DNA of 64,000 nt, taken from assembly GCA_963716175.1 (NCBI GenBank), contig OY970296.1, forward strand, positions 2,976,001 through 3,040,000, in the 5' to 3' direction. Below, one piece after another: positions 49,098 through 59,282 of this stretch. Below the pieces are notes generated by a model. The model was not told the DNA's origin, searched no databases, and saw nothing but the letters and a program-made list of their open reading frames with translations. Position 1 is the first letter of the stretch. Every line of letters begins with the position of its first letter. This DNA comes from an uncultured Armatimonadetes bacterium (lineage in GTDB: Bacteria; Armatimonadota; Hebobacteria; Hebobacterales; Hebobacteraceae). A program made the translations under genes and the position numbers.

Positions 49098-52000
49098 CTA
49101 CATCGGCAACTGAAACGCCCTCGCGATGTACACCGCCATCTGGTCGCGGGTGACGGGGTCGGCCGGTTTGTAGGTGCCATCCTCATACCCCTTCACCACG
49201 TTGTGGTCCACGCAGGCCTTGATCGCTACACCTGACCAGTAGCCGGCCGGCACATCCGGGAAGAGCTGCGGGGCGGTGTTGAGGGCGTCGCTGAGCGTGA
49301 CCCATCCCTTGGCGCGGGCGATGAACACCGCCATCTGGCCCCGGTCCACCACCAGCGTGGGCTGGTAGTGAGTGGCGTCATAGCCCTGCACCACACCCTG
49401 GGCCACCGCATACTCGACGTACTTGTAGGCCCACTGATCAGTGGGGACGTCATCGGGGAAGCTGGCGGTGGCCGGACCTGTGGGCACGTTGGCATCGCCC
49501 CCGGCTAGAGCGCGGCTTACGTAAACCGCCATCTGGTCGCGACTGACCGGCTCGGTGGGCTTGTAAGTGCCATCGGAGTAGCCCTGCACGATGCCGGCGT
49601 CAACCAGCGAAGCAATAGCCGATTCGGCCCAGAAACCGGCTGGGACGTCAGTGAACTGGGGTGGGAGCACAAGGTCAACTGTGGTGGTCTGCCCCGCGGT
49701 AATCACCACACCGGTCTGAGTGGCAGCGCCGTGCCCATGCGCAGTCGCCTTGACGGTCGTCCCCGTGGTCTCGGCGACGTCAATGGTGAAGGTCCCATTG
49801 GCATCGGCCGCGGTGTATAGATTCCCGCCGATCCAGATATCGGCGTAAGGAATGGGACCGCCGGTGGTAGCATCGGTCACAGCACCACTGACGGTGCCGA
49901 AGCTGCGTATGTGAGGCTCCCACATGCGGATAGCCCCCACGGAATCGCTTCCCGCCTGACTGGCAGTGACTACGAAACGCCCGTTGGCGCTCATGTCAGG
50001 AGGATCCCCACCTATTCCCCCTTCGACGAAGGCGTTATAGAGCACGACGCTCCCGATGCCCGTACGGTCTCGGACCACGATGTACCCGGTCCCGCCTCCA
50101 TACGTCCCTGGCACTACGTAGTAAAACGCGACCATCTGGCCATCCGCGCTCACCGCGACCGGGTAGGACGGATGGTACAGGCTGTATGGGGTTGCCGGCG
50201 CGTCGCCGGGCATCAGGCTGGCGAACTCCGTGGTCCCGGCCACCCGGTCACGCAGGTAGACATTACCATGACCGATGGGGCTGAAGTACGTATTGTAGAT
50301 GGGGACCAGATCATTGGCGTCAGAGCAAAAGGCCACGAAACGACCATCATGGCTCATCATCGCCACGCCGGACCAGTTGTCAGGCGCGACGATTTGCTGC
50401 GAACCGTCCTCGGCGAGGCTTACGCGTTCAGTTGTCGCTGTGGTCAGGTCGTGGAGGAAGGTGTCGATGATCCCGTTGGTGTCCCCTGCTACCAGGTTCG
50501 TCGCGGCCGATGAGAAGGCTACATAGCGGCCGTCGGCACTGATGCAGGGATCCGTTGATGGGCCGTCGGCCTGGGCCCCGTTGCTGGCCACGCTGACGCG
50601 CACTGTGCGTTTGGTCAGGAGATTGTGCACGAACACATCCGTCTGCCCGTTGGTGTCGTCCGGGACCAGGTTCGTGGCATCAGAACTGAAGCAGACATAG
50701 CGGCCGTTGGCGCTGATCGTGCCGTGGGCAATGCTATCCGCCGGCGTGCCGTCACTGGCAGCGCTGGCCAAGGTTAGGCTGGACGTCTCGCGGTCGTACA
50801 CGTAGGTCTGCCAGACTCCGGGCGGCACGTCAGGAGGCAGGACCACCGGTGAGTACGCCACATACCGCCCGTTAGCGCTGACTGAGGCGGCGGAGCCGCC
50901 GATGGCCTGAGAACCGTCCTCCGTCTTGCTGATCAGTTCGATCTGCCCAGTCGATCGGTCCAGGAGGAAGACGTTTCCCGTCTGCCCCGGTGGCAGCGGG
51001 ACCAAGTCTGTGGCGCTGGAGGCGAAGACAACATAGCGCCCGTCCGGGGTGATCACGGGGCTGTAGGAGTTCCCGTTCGGGAAAGTATTCCCGCTCATGG
51101 AGTGCACGATGATCTCCGGGTGCACGGCCCAATCCGATATAGTCCAGGGCTGCAGCGGGAAGTCAATCCCTGAGGTCGTCTGCTGATCCACGACCTCGAC
51201 GTTCGAGACTTCACCAGCGTCATAGCCTCGCATCACGGCGGTGATGGTCCAGGTCCCCGGCCAGGCGGCAAGGGCATACGTGCCGTCAGCGGCACTTATG
51301 GTCTCACCCTGGCCGCCATAGACGGTAACGCCCCCGAGCGGCTGAAGGGTGACGGCATCTCGGACGGTTCCCGTGACCGTGCCCCTGGCGATCTGGAGTG
51401 CGAAATCCACTGTCGTGGCTGCGCCCGACACCACCACGACGCTGTCCATCGTCAATGATCCGAAACCGGCGCCGCTGGCAGTCACGGAGTAGGTGCCTTC
51501 CGGCACGACCGGCAGCAGATAGCCTCCGCTGCCATCTGTGATCGCCCTCAGGTAGCTATAGGTGACTGACCCGCCAATGACGGGGTTGCCGCTGCCGGCG
51601 TCAGTGACTGTCCCTTGGATCAAGCCGATGCCCTGCGCGACATCGCGCACCTCAATCTGCTGGTTGGCGGCCACCCCGTTCTCGGTGACGATGTGATGGT
51701 TGGGGAAGACCACTTGCACCGCCACCGTAGTGGCGGTGCCGAGGCCGAACTGGCCTATGGGCTCATTCTGGCCCATGAACCCCGACCCCCCGTCAACCAT
51801 GCGCGTGAGGGTACGACCCGGGGGGAAGGAGAGGTCGTTGTCCAGATTCACCAGGATGCGGGCACCCAGCGCGTCCCGCACCGGACTGCCGTCGGTGGCG
51901 TCGCCGGTGGCGCTGGTGAGGGCGCGCACCCGCAGCCAGTGCCCATCGCCAGGCGAACCGAGGTTGTGGTAGAGCAGGGATGTGTCGCTGTCGGAGGCGC

Positions 52001-53117
52001 CGAGGAGATCCATGCTGCCGTCCCGGTCGAAGTCGGCCCAGCAGATAGCCGTGTAGTTCCGACCCGCGCTCACTCCCTCTGCGAGGCTCAGGTCCGTGAA
52101 CGTGCCGTCTCCATTGTTGTGAAAGAGGAAGGGCGCGATGCTGCCGCTGGCGGGACCGACGATGAGATCCAGAAATCCGTCGTTGTCGTAGTCGGCCCAG
52201 GCGGTGCCGCGCGTGGGCATGCTGACTGCTGACATCCCTACGAGGTCCAGCACAGAATCGAAGTGGCCGCCGGTGTTCATGCAGAAGACCGATTCCTCCG
52301 TCCGTCCATTGCCGATGAAAACGTCCAGCCAGCCGTCATTGTTGTAGTCTCCCCAGGCGACGCCGGTGCTGTCGTGTCCGGGGAAGCTGCCCGAGGAGAA
52401 CGTACCGTCTCCCTTGTTCGTGAAGAGATAGGCGTTCGTCTGCTTGGCTGGATCGAAGATGCTTCTCTGCCGCGTCATCGCCACATCCAAGAAGCCGTCA
52501 TTGTTGTAGTCGGCCCAAGCGCACCCCATGCCGTCCATGGGACTGCCCATCCCCGCCGCAGCCGTGACGTTCGAGAATGTGCCATCGCGGTTGTTGTGAT
52601 ACAGGACAGAGGGGCCGTAGTCGTTGTAGGAAACGAAGAGGTCGAGCCAGTTGTCCCCGTCGAAGTCGCCCCAGCTCGCCCCTCGACCGAAGAAGGCGCC
52701 GGTCATCGGTGCGAAACCAGCGGTTGCTCCCACATCCGTGAAATGGTCGCCGTCATTCCGGTACAGGTGCGGAGTGTGGGAGCCGCCGATGATGATGAGA
52801 TCCAGCCTGCCATCGTTGTTGTAGTCACCCCAGGCGCATCCCCATTCGTCATATGAGACCGTGTCAAGTCCCTTGGCAGCGGTGACGTCCGTGAAGGTCC
52901 CATTGCCGTTATTGTGCAGCAGCACACATGGGCCGGTCCCGCCGATATAGAGGTCAGGGTAGCCGTCGTTGTCATAGTCGCCCCAGGCCGCGCCCATGGC
53001 CGCCGGAATGTTCAGAGTGGTACCTAGGTCGGCAAAACGACCGGCGGACGCGCGACCCGAAAGGAGAAGACCGCCCAACAGCAGCACAACGGAGAGCCCC
53101 AGAGTCCGAGATGCCAT
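49098..53117 (-). CDS. secreted surface protein: FG-GAP/CRTAC1-like repeats, ASPIC/UnbV, carboxypeptidase-regulatory-like, TolB-like propeller, SLH domains
   Basis: Signal peptide; WGDYDNDGYPDL repeats; DALGARI..GGSGF..QFGLG; ISADGRYVAF; C-terminal VTRDQMAVYIAR SLH repeats. Confidence 0.92.
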   Translation of the reverse strand: MASRTLGLSVVLLLGGLLLSGRASAGRFADLGTTLNIPAAMGAAWGDYDNDGYPDLYIGGTGPCVLLHNNGNGTFTDVTAAKGLDTVSYDEWGCAWGDYNNDGRLDLIIIGGSHTPHLYRNDGDHFTDVGATAGFAPMTGAFFGRGASWGDFDGDNWLDLFVSYNDYGPSVLYHNNRDGTFSNVTAAAGMGSPMDGMGCAWADYNNDGFLDVAMTRQRSIFDPAKQTNAYLFTNKGDGTFSSGSFPGHDSTGVAWGDYNNDGWLDVFIGNGRTEESVFCMNTGGHFDSVLDLVGMSAVSMPTRGTAWADYDNDGFLDLIVGPASGSIAPFLFHNNGDGTFTDLSLAEGVSAGRNYTAICWADFDRDGSMDLLGASDSDTSLLYHNLGSPGDGHWLRVRALTSATGDATDGSPVRDALGARILVNLDNDLSFPPGRTLTRMVDGGSGFMGQNEPIGQFGLGTATTVAVQVVFPNHHIVTENGVAANQQIEVRDVAQGIGLIQGTVTDAGSGNPVIGGSVTYSYLRAITDGSGGYLLPVVPEGTYSVTASGAGFGSLTMDSVVVVSGAATTVDFALQIARGTVTGTVRDAVTLQPLGGVTVYGGQGETISAADGTYALAAWPGTWTITAVMRGYDAGEVSNVEVVDQQTTSGIDFPLQPWTISDWAVHPEIIVHSMSGNTFPNGNSYSPVITPDGRYVVFASSATDLVPLPPGQTGNVFLLDRSTGQIELISKTEDGSQAIGGSAASVSANGRYVAYSPVVLPPDVPPGVWQTYVYDRETSSLTLASAASDGTPADSIAHGTISANGRYVCFSSDATNLVPDDTNGQTDVFVHNLLTKRTVRVSVASNGAQADGPSTDPCISADGRYVAFSSAATNLVAGDTNGIIDTFLHDLTTATTERVSLAEDGSQQIVAPDNWSGVAMMSHDGRFVAFCSDANDLVPIYNTYFSPIGHGNVYLRDRVAGTTEFASLMPGDAPATPYSLYHPSYPVAVSADGQMVAFYYVVPGTYGGGTGYIVVRDRTGIGSVVLYNAFVEGGIGGDPPDMSANGRFVVTASQAGSDSVGAIRMWEPHIRSFGTVSGAVTDATTGGPIPYADIWIGGNLYTAADANGTFTIDVAETTGTTVKATAHGHGAATQTGVVITAGQTTTVDLVLPPQFTDVPAGFWAESAIASLVDAGIVQGYSDGTYKPTEPVSRDQMAVYVSRALAGGDANVPTGPATASFPDDVPTDQWAYKYVEYAVAQGVVQGYDATHYQPTLVVDRGQMAVFIARAKGWVTLSDALNTAPQLFPDVPAGYWSGVAIKACVDHNVVKGYEDGTYKPADPVTRDQMAVYIARAFQLPM

Positions 53118-53193
53118 CGCACATTCCCCCTAGTACAGCAGTACCGGGCCCCCTCGAAAGTGACGATGGCCAGAACTAGCGGCCCGTGGTCCG

Positions 53194-53222
53194 ATTGTAC
53201 CTCGGCCCCGGGCTCAATGCAA
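53194..53222 (-). promoter_or_regulatory. sigma70-type promoter
   Basis: TTGCAT-N17-TACAAT on the minus strand, upstream of 53117. Confidence 0.65.
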
Positions 53223-53294
53223 CCGCCCAGCCCGCCCTTGCGCCTCGCTGAGACAGGCTGAAGGCTACACTACTCGCCATCTACCCGCAACCGC

Positions 53295-55901
53295 TCACAC
53301 CGGCAACTCGAACGCTCTCGCGATATACACCGCCATCTGGTCGCGAGTCACGGGATTGGTAGGCTGGTAGGTGCCGTTGTCATATCCCTTGACCACGTCG
53401 TGATCCACGCAGGCCTTGATCGCCACGCCCGACCAGTAGCCGGCCGGCACATCTGGGAAGAGCTGCGGGGCGGTGTTGAGGGCGTCGCTGAGCTTGACCC
53501 ATCCCTTCGCCCGGGCGATGAACACCGCCATCTGACCGCGATCCACCACCAGCGTGGGCTCGTAGTGAGTGGCGTCATACCCCTGTACCACGCCCTGGGC
53601 CACCGCGTACTCGACATACTTGTAGGCCCAGAAATCAGTAGGGACATCATCGGGGAAGCTGGCGGTGGCCGGCCCTGTGGGCACGTTGGCATCACCCCCG
53701 GCCAGAGCGCGGGAGATGTAGACCGCCATCTGGTCGCGGGTGACCGCCACTTCAGGATGGTAGGTGCCATCGGGATAGCCTAGCGCGATGCTGGCGTTAG
53801 ACACGGCCTCGATGGCGCCGAAGGCCCAGAACTGATACCCCGCGTCCGTGAACTTGTCCTCCGCAAGCGCCGCCGCCACATCCTTCACTACGATTGTCTG
53901 GTTCACGGCGATGTCGTAGTGAATGACCACCGTGCCGTCCGGGAAGCGCACCCGCACCGCCACTGGCCCATCAGTAGGGATGCCGAACTGCGCCACCTGC
54001 TCGCTCTCAGCGCAGAAGCCGGACCCGCCGTCGATGAGCCGAGTCAGGGTGTGGCCAGGCGGGAAACTGGCGTCGTTGTCCACGTTCAACTCGACCCGTG
54101 CGCCGATGGCGTCACGCGTGGGTTTGCTGGTGTCAGTGGTATCACCGGCGGCACTGGTGATAGCGCGCAGCCGCAGCCAGTTGTCGCTAGTGCCGATGTT
54201 GTGGAAGAGCCAAGATGGCGTATCGTAGAGCGCTTGTACCACATCCACGCGACCGTCAAGATTAACGTCGGCCCACGCAACCCCGCCGCTGGCGCCCTGG
54301 TGATCAACGTCGAGGCCCGACCCGGCCACCATGTTCGTGAATGTGCCATTACCGTTGTTGTGGTAGAGAAACGGCTGCTGACCAAAGTTGCCAACGAACA
54401 GGTCAAGGTAACCGTCGTTATCGTAATCAGCCCAGGCCGCGCCCTGCGCGTTGTAGGCGTCGCCTGCCATGCCGGCAACGTTGGCGACGTCAGTGAACGT
54501 GCCATTGTGGTCGTTGTGGAAGAGCCAGTCGGGCGCTGATTCGCCGCTCGTGAAATAGCAGTCAAGCCAGCCGTCGTTATCGTAGTCTCCCCAGATCGCG
54601 CTTAGTGTGTTCACCGGAATGGTTACTCCGGCCTGAGCACTCACATCGGTGTAGGTTCCGTCACCGTTGTTATGAAAAAGCATGGCTGGTTTGTACATGC
54701 GAGCGAGAAGCAGATCGGGGTGGCCATCGTTGTCGTAGTCGCCCCAGGCGGCCGATTGGACGGCATCAGCTCCCCCCAGACCGGCAGCTGCAGCAATATC
54801 GGTGAAGGTGCCATCACCATTGTTCCGCAGCAGATAGGCGTTCCCGAAAATGTTGCACACAAAAGCATCCAGCAGGCCGTCGCCGTTGAAGTCGCACCAC
54901 GACACGCTGCTGCCGGCATTGAACGCCACATGCAGGCCGGCATCGGCGCCGAGCTCCACGAACTGAGACGGATCGCGACGGAATAGCCACGGGTAGGCAT
55001 CGCCACCAACCAGGACATCAAGGAGGCCGTCGTTGTTGTAGTCGCCCCACGCAACCCCAGAGTCTGGCGCGGGTGCAGTGGGGAGTTTCAGCGTTTGGCT
55101 CACGTCAGCGAATGTGAGATCATGGCCATTGCGAAAGAGCATTGGTCCGTGTTGGGGATGGGAAGTCCCCTGATCGTAGCCCCCAAAGAACAAGTCCGGG
55201 TACCCGCCGCTGTCATAGTCACCCCAGCCAACACCAACCGAGTTTGGGAGGTTAAGCCCGGTGACTTGCTCGAACTGCGGCCCTGCCTTGACTGGCAGTT
55301 GCGCCAGCGAGAAGTCTTGCGTCGCGGTCTGCCCCGACACCACCGCCACACCCGTCGCGCTCCCCCACTTGTGGCCTCCGGCGGCCGCGCCGACGCGATA
55401 GCCCGTGCCCACAGGGACGTTGGCGAGGGTATAGCTGCCATCGACACTAGTGGTCGCGCTCAGCGCGCCGCAGGTGACATGCGCCCACTGGATGGGCAAG
55501 CCGCTGGCCCCGTCCGTGACCCGGCCCACGATAGAGCCAAAGGCGGTCGGCGACAGCGAGAAGTCCACCGTGCTGATCTCGCCCTCGACCACCGCGACGG
55601 TGCTGGCCGAAGACGGGGTGTGATCCGGAGCGCTGGCGGCAACCGTGTAGCTCCCGATGCCCAGGTCTGAGAACCCGTACCGGCCCCTGGCATCCGTGGT
55701 TGCGGTGAGGCTGCCACAGGACATAGCTGCCCCGCCGATGGGCAGTCGGGTAGCCGAATCCGACACCACCCCTGCGATGGCGCCAGTGGGGGTTACCGCC
55801 AGGGCCAGCTTCAGCGCGGCACCGTCGGCCTGGCAGGCCACTGCGAAGAGAGAAATGAGAAACGCCAGCACGATAGCAGGGACAGCCGTTCTTCGGGCCA
55901 T
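53295..55901 (-). CDS. secreted surface protein: carboxypeptidase-regulatory-like, FG-GAP repeats, ASPIC/UnbV, SLH domains
   Basis: Signal peptide MARRTAVPAIVLAFL; WGDYDNDG repeats; SLH tail nearly identical to that of the neighbouring paralogue. Confidence 0.92.
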   Translation of the reverse strand: MARRTAVPAIVLAFLISLFAVACQADGAALKLALAVTPTGAIAGVVSDSATRLPIGGAAMSCGSLTATTDARGRYGFSDLGIGSYTVAASAPDHTPSSASTVAVVEGEISTVDFSLSPTAFGSIVGRVTDGASGLPIQWAHVTCGALSATTSVDGSYTLANVPVGTGYRVGAAAGGHKWGSATGVAVVSGQTATQDFSLAQLPVKAGPQFEQVTGLNLPNSVGVGWGDYDSGGYPDLFFGGYDQGTSHPQHGPMLFRNGHDLTFADVSQTLKLPTAPAPDSGVAWGDYNNDGLLDVLVGGDAYPWLFRRDPSQFVELGADAGLHVAFNAGSSVSWCDFNGDGLLDAFVCNIFGNAYLLRNNGDGTFTDIAAAAGLGGADAVQSAAWGDYDNDGHPDLLLARMYKPAMLFHNNGDGTYTDVSAQAGVTIPVNTLSAIWGDYDNDGWLDCYFTSGESAPDWLFHNDHNGTFTDVANVAGMAGDAYNAQGAAWADYDNDGYLDLFVGNFGQQPFLYHNNGNGTFTNMVAGSGLDVDHQGASGGVAWADVNLDGRVDVVQALYDTPSWLFHNIGTSDNWLRLRAITSAAGDTTDTSKPTRDAIGARVELNVDNDASFPPGHTLTRLIDGGSGFCAESEQVAQFGIPTDGPVAVRVRFPDGTVVIHYDIAVNQTIVVKDVAAALAEDKFTDAGYQFWAFGAIEAVSNASIALGYPDGTYHPEVAVTRDQMAVYISRALAGGDANVPTGPATASFPDDVPTDFWAYKYVEYAVAQGVVQGYDATHYEPTLVVDRGQMAVFIARAKGWVKLSDALNTAPQLFPDVPAGYWSGVAIKACVDHDVVKGYDNGTYQPTNPVTRDQMAVYIARAFELPV

Positions 55902-55956
55902 CGCACACCCCCCTGATGCAGCAATACCGGACCCCCTCGAAGCGGCCCGTGGCGAC

Positions 55957-55985
55957 AGTATAGCGCGGCGCCAGGTGTAGGACAA
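55957..55985 (-). promoter_or_regulatory. sigma70-type promoter
   Basis: TTGTCC-N17-TATACT on the minus strand, upstream of 55901. Confidence 0.65.
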
Positions 55986-56105
55986 GCCGAGTCAGGTCGG
56001 GGAAGAAGCTGCCCAGCCCTACGCCCGCACAGGATGCGCAGCCGCTTGTGCCAGAGGCCGTCAGCCGTCTGTGAGACCTCTTCGAGTGGGGACAGAGGTG
56101 CCGTT

Positions 56106-56158
56106 CTCGCGCCACAAACCTCGTATATTGGAATGAGAAAGGGTTTGTCGGCTGCGAG
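56106..56158. repeat. imperfect inverted repeat with AT-rich centre, downstream of the recombinases
   Basis: CTCGC-GCC-ACAAACC ... GGTTTGT-CGGC-T-GCGAG. Confidence 0.5.
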
Positions 56159-56169
56159 TGGTCCCGAGG

Positions 56170-57093
56170 CTAGCCTGGCTGATCGCCTGCCGGCCCGAGC
56201 ATCCCCTCCAGCTTCTCGACGGCGGCCAGCTTGGTGCGCACATCCGAGTGCAGGTATCTCGCCGTCGTCCCGATGTCCGCGTGCCCCAGCAGCTCCTGCA
56301 CCGTGCGGATGTCGGCGCCCGAGCGGATGAGGTGGGTGGCAAAGGTATGGCGGAGTTTGTGGGGGGTAATGCCTTTGCCCGCGAGCCCGGCTTTGCCGAG
56401 CGTGCGCGCCAGCATCCGGCTGATGGCTCTGCCGGAGATGGGCTGGCCGAACTGGCTCACAAAGAGCCGGTGGCTGTCCGTCCTCTTGCGCTGGCGCAGG
56501 TACTGCTCGATGGCCGCAACGGCCTGCTCTGCCAGAGGCACCACTCTCTCCTTCGCCCCTTTGCCGTGTACCAGCAGTTGCCGGTTCTCCAGGTCCAGAT
56601 CCTCCAGGCTGATCTGGGCGATCTCGCTGCGCCGCATGCCCGTGGAGAGCAGCAGCACCACCAAGCACTTGTGCCAGGGCCGCTGGGCTGCCTGCAGGAG
56701 TCGCTGGGCATCTGCTTCCGTGAGCGTCACGGGCACCTGCTGTTCCAGTCTGGGCAGAGGCAGCCTGCGGGCGGGATTGCCCGAGACATGGCCCATGTCC
56801 TGGAGGAAGCCAAAGAAGGAGGACAACACCCAGAGCTTCCGTCTCACCGTCAGGGGTGCTCGATCTGCCAGGCTCACCGCGAACTGCATCACCTGCTGGC
56901 GCGTGATCTGATCGGGAGGGGGCGGCTGACCCAGGCGCTGGGAGAGGAACTCCGAGAAGGCCCGCAGGTCGCGGCGGTACGCCTTGACGGAGATGGGAGC
57001 GCAGCTGCGATAGCCCCTCAGGTACTCCAGGAACATCGCCACCGCCTCCTCGAAGGAGAGCGTGCCGGCCTCGGCGTCGTGGGTAGCGGTCAC
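56170..57093 (-). CDS. XerC/D-like tyrosine recombinase (copy 2)
   Basis: GTG start overlapping the upstream stop; TGMRRSE, GKGAKER, HKLRHTFAT, LLGH, TTARY. Confidence 0.92.
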   Translation of the reverse strand: MTATHDAEAGTLSFEEAVAMFLEYLRGYRSCAPISVKAYRRDLRAFSEFLSQRLGQPPPPDQITRQQVMQFAVSLADRAPLTVRRKLWVLSSFFGFLQDMGHVSGNPARRLPLPRLEQQVPVTLTEADAQRLLQAAQRPWHKCLVVLLLSTGMRRSEIAQISLEDLDLENRQLLVHGKGAKERVVPLAEQAVAAIEQYLRQRKRTDSHRLFVSQFGQPISGRAISRMLARTLGKAGLAGKGITPHKLRHTFATHLIRSGADIRTVQELLGHADIGTTARYLHSDVRTKLAAVEKLEGMLGPAGDQPG

Positions 57094-58055
57094 GGCTGTG
57101 CTCCCTCCTCTCTCTGCGGAACACTCTCCCCGAGCAGACCCGTCAGCCTTCCTACTGCCGCCAGCTTCGTGCGCACATCCGAGTGCAGGTACCGCGCCGT
57201 CGTCCCCAGATCGGCATGGCCCAGGAGCTCCTGCACGGTGCGCACATCCACGCCCTTGTGGATGAGCTGGGTAGCGAAGGTGTGGCGCAGCTTGTGAGGG
57301 GTAATCCCCTGGCCCGCCAGCCCCGCCTTCTCCAGCACCTGGTCCAGCATGGCGTTGACCACGTGGCCTCGGATGGGCTGTCCACGGGAGTTCACAAAGA
57401 GCCGCCGGCTCTGGGTGCGGGGCCGGTGGGGCAGGTACTGCTGGATGGCCGCCACGGCCTGACGGGTGAGGGGGACGATCCGCTGCTTGGCTCCCTTCCC
57501 GTGCACCAGCAGTTGCCGGTTGGTCAGGTCCACCTCCTCCAGGCTGATCAGCACCGCCTCGCTTCTGCGCAGGCCCGTCGCCAGCAGCAGCATGATGAGG
57601 CACCGATGCCAGGGCAGTTCGGCCGCCGCCAGCAGTTGCTGCGCCTGCTCCTCTGAGAGCGTCACCGGGATGTGCTGCTCCAGCTTCGGGAGGGGTAGTC
57701 TCTTGGCGGGATTGCCCTGGACATAGCCCATATCCTGAAGGAAGCCGAAGAAGGAGGAGAGACAGGCCAGCTTGCTGCGCACCGTGATCGGGGACCAGTG
57801 CGACAAGGAGACCGCGTACTGAATCACCAGCTGGCGGGTGATCGCAGCCGGAGCTGGCAGCGGCCCGGGTTGCGAGGAGAGGAACTGCTGGAAGTTGCGC
57901 AGGGTCGTGGCGTAGGCTCGGACAGAGGCAGGAGCGCAGCTGCGGTAGCTCCGCAGGTACTCCAGGAACATCGGCACCGCCTGCTCCAAGGGGAGCTCGT
58001 CCCCGGTGGAGGGCGGTGCGGCACGGGCCGCTTCGGCCTGGGCGAGAGTGGTCAT
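57090..58055 (-). CDS. XerC/D-like tyrosine recombinase (copy 1)
   Basis: GAGGAGG RBS; TGLRRSE, GKGAKQR, HKLRHTFAT, LLGH, TTARY. Confidence 0.92.
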   Translation of the reverse strand: MTTLAQAEAARAAPPSTGDELPLEQAVPMFLEYLRSYRSCAPASVRAYATTLRNFQQFLSSQPGPLPAPAAITRQLVIQYAVSLSHWSPITVRSKLACLSSFFGFLQDMGYVQGNPAKRLPLPKLEQHIPVTLSEEQAQQLLAAAELPWHRCLIMLLLATGLRRSEAVLISLEEVDLTNRQLLVHGKGAKQRIVPLTRQAVAAIQQYLPHRPRTQSRRLFVNSRGQPIRGHVVNAMLDQVLEKAGLAGQGITPHKLRHTFATQLIHKGVDVRTVQELLGHADLGTTARYLHSDVRTKLAAVGRLTGLLGESVPQREEGAQP

Positions 58056-58216
58056 GCACGCCTCCTCTGGTGGATGGTTGCGGCATGACATGAATCACTT
58101 CAAGCGGCGAACAAGTCCAGGCCTTTGTGCAAGTATTCTGTGGGGTGGGCCCTAGTGCGGGTATTTCGTATCCCCTCGATTTCGGGCCAGGATGGCTCTA
58201 GGAGCCACGAGAAGAG

Positions 58217-58610
58217 TGGAGTGGGCCGATAAGCCGAGTTTTGGCGCGACATTCGCCCGATACGTCAGGTTATGTCGCGAGCGTCCATCTATCTAGGGCT
58301 GCGATCGCTCGCAGCCTCAAGCGGCCAACCCGGGGCTGATGCGGCGTCGGGCCAACGCTGGTCCCCAACCGGGGACTCGCCCCCTATTTGGCCTTGCTCC
58401 GGGCGGGGTTTGGCCAGCCGGTGTGTCTCCACGCCGCTGGTGCGCTCTTACCGCACCATTTCACCCTTGCCCAGCTCGCGCCGGGCGGTATGTTTCTGTG
58501 CCACTTTCCGTCGGGTCGCCCCGCCTGGGCGTTACCCAGCGCCCTGCCCTGTGGAGCTCGGACTTTCCTCGTTCCGCCATCGGCGAACCGCGGACGCTTG
58601 GCCCACTCCA
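58217..58610 (-). ncRNA. rnpB: RNase P RNA (bacterial type A)
   Basis: GAGGAAAGTCCGAGCTCCACAGGGCAGGG, ACAGAAA, GGGTGAAATGGTGCGGTAAGAGCGCACC, AAACCCC..GAGCAAGGCCAAATAGG, TAGATAGATG, AAAACTCGGCTTA; P1 GGAGTGGGCC pairs with GGCCCACTCC. Confidence 0.97.
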
Positions 58611-59078
58611 TCTCCATTCTACCACATGCTCGGCGTCTCCGCGCCAACCGGCCGCACTGTCCTCGCCAGAGCATGTCTCACTTCCCGGAGCAGGTGCCAC
58701 GCGCCTCGGATGTGACCGTCTATGGCTGCCCAGGCGGCCTAGCACAGTTGATGCAGGGTATGCGGGGCGTGATTCTCACAGCGGCCACGGAACCGATGCA
58801 GGTGGAGATGTAAGGCCGTTGTCATCCGCGCGCGACATGAATGCTGGCCCGCGTACACCCCGCGCGGACTGATCCCGCCGTCACCACGGGCGAATCATGC
58901 CGGTGGCATTGACCGCGAGTTCCGGCCTGCACATTTCGGTCGACCGGGATGCGAAGGCGGCTAGACTTCTTCACCCATCGAAACTGGTTGATTCCACGAT
59001 CTGCTGAAAGCCGCTGAACAAGTCCGGGTGTGCCCCTCACCCGGCAGCAAGCTGTTTTCGTCGGCAAACATGACAGTC

Positions 59079-59175
59079 AATCGGTAGGCTGAGTTCTGGC
59101 GCGAACGTCCTGCCCTGTGGACCTCGGACTTTCCTCAGCCGCCTCTCGGCGACCGCGGACGCCTGGCCCACTCCA
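59079..59175 (-). repeat. internally deleted rnpB-derived copy 1 (mini-rnpB)
   Basis: TGGAGTGGGCCAGGCGTCC..GAGGAAAGTCCGAGGTCCACAGGGCAGG joined directly to ACGTTCGCGCCAGAACTCAGCCTA. Confidence 0.9.
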
Positions 59176-59282
59176 TCTGCATACCACCATGATGCTCGGC
59201 ATGGTCGCGCTGACCAGCCGCACGACCCTTGTTAACATGAGTCTCCCCCGCCCTGGAGCAGGATACGGGTACACAACGTACC

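Noticed and set aside
56170-58098. 642-aa single recombinase ORF
   Set aside because: The first ~335 aa are an off-frame read of recombinase copy 1. The real second gene starts at GTG 57093 after a GGAGG RBS.
58272-58872. ORFs over 58.2-58.9 kb
   Set aside because: They overlap rnpB and have no protein motifs.
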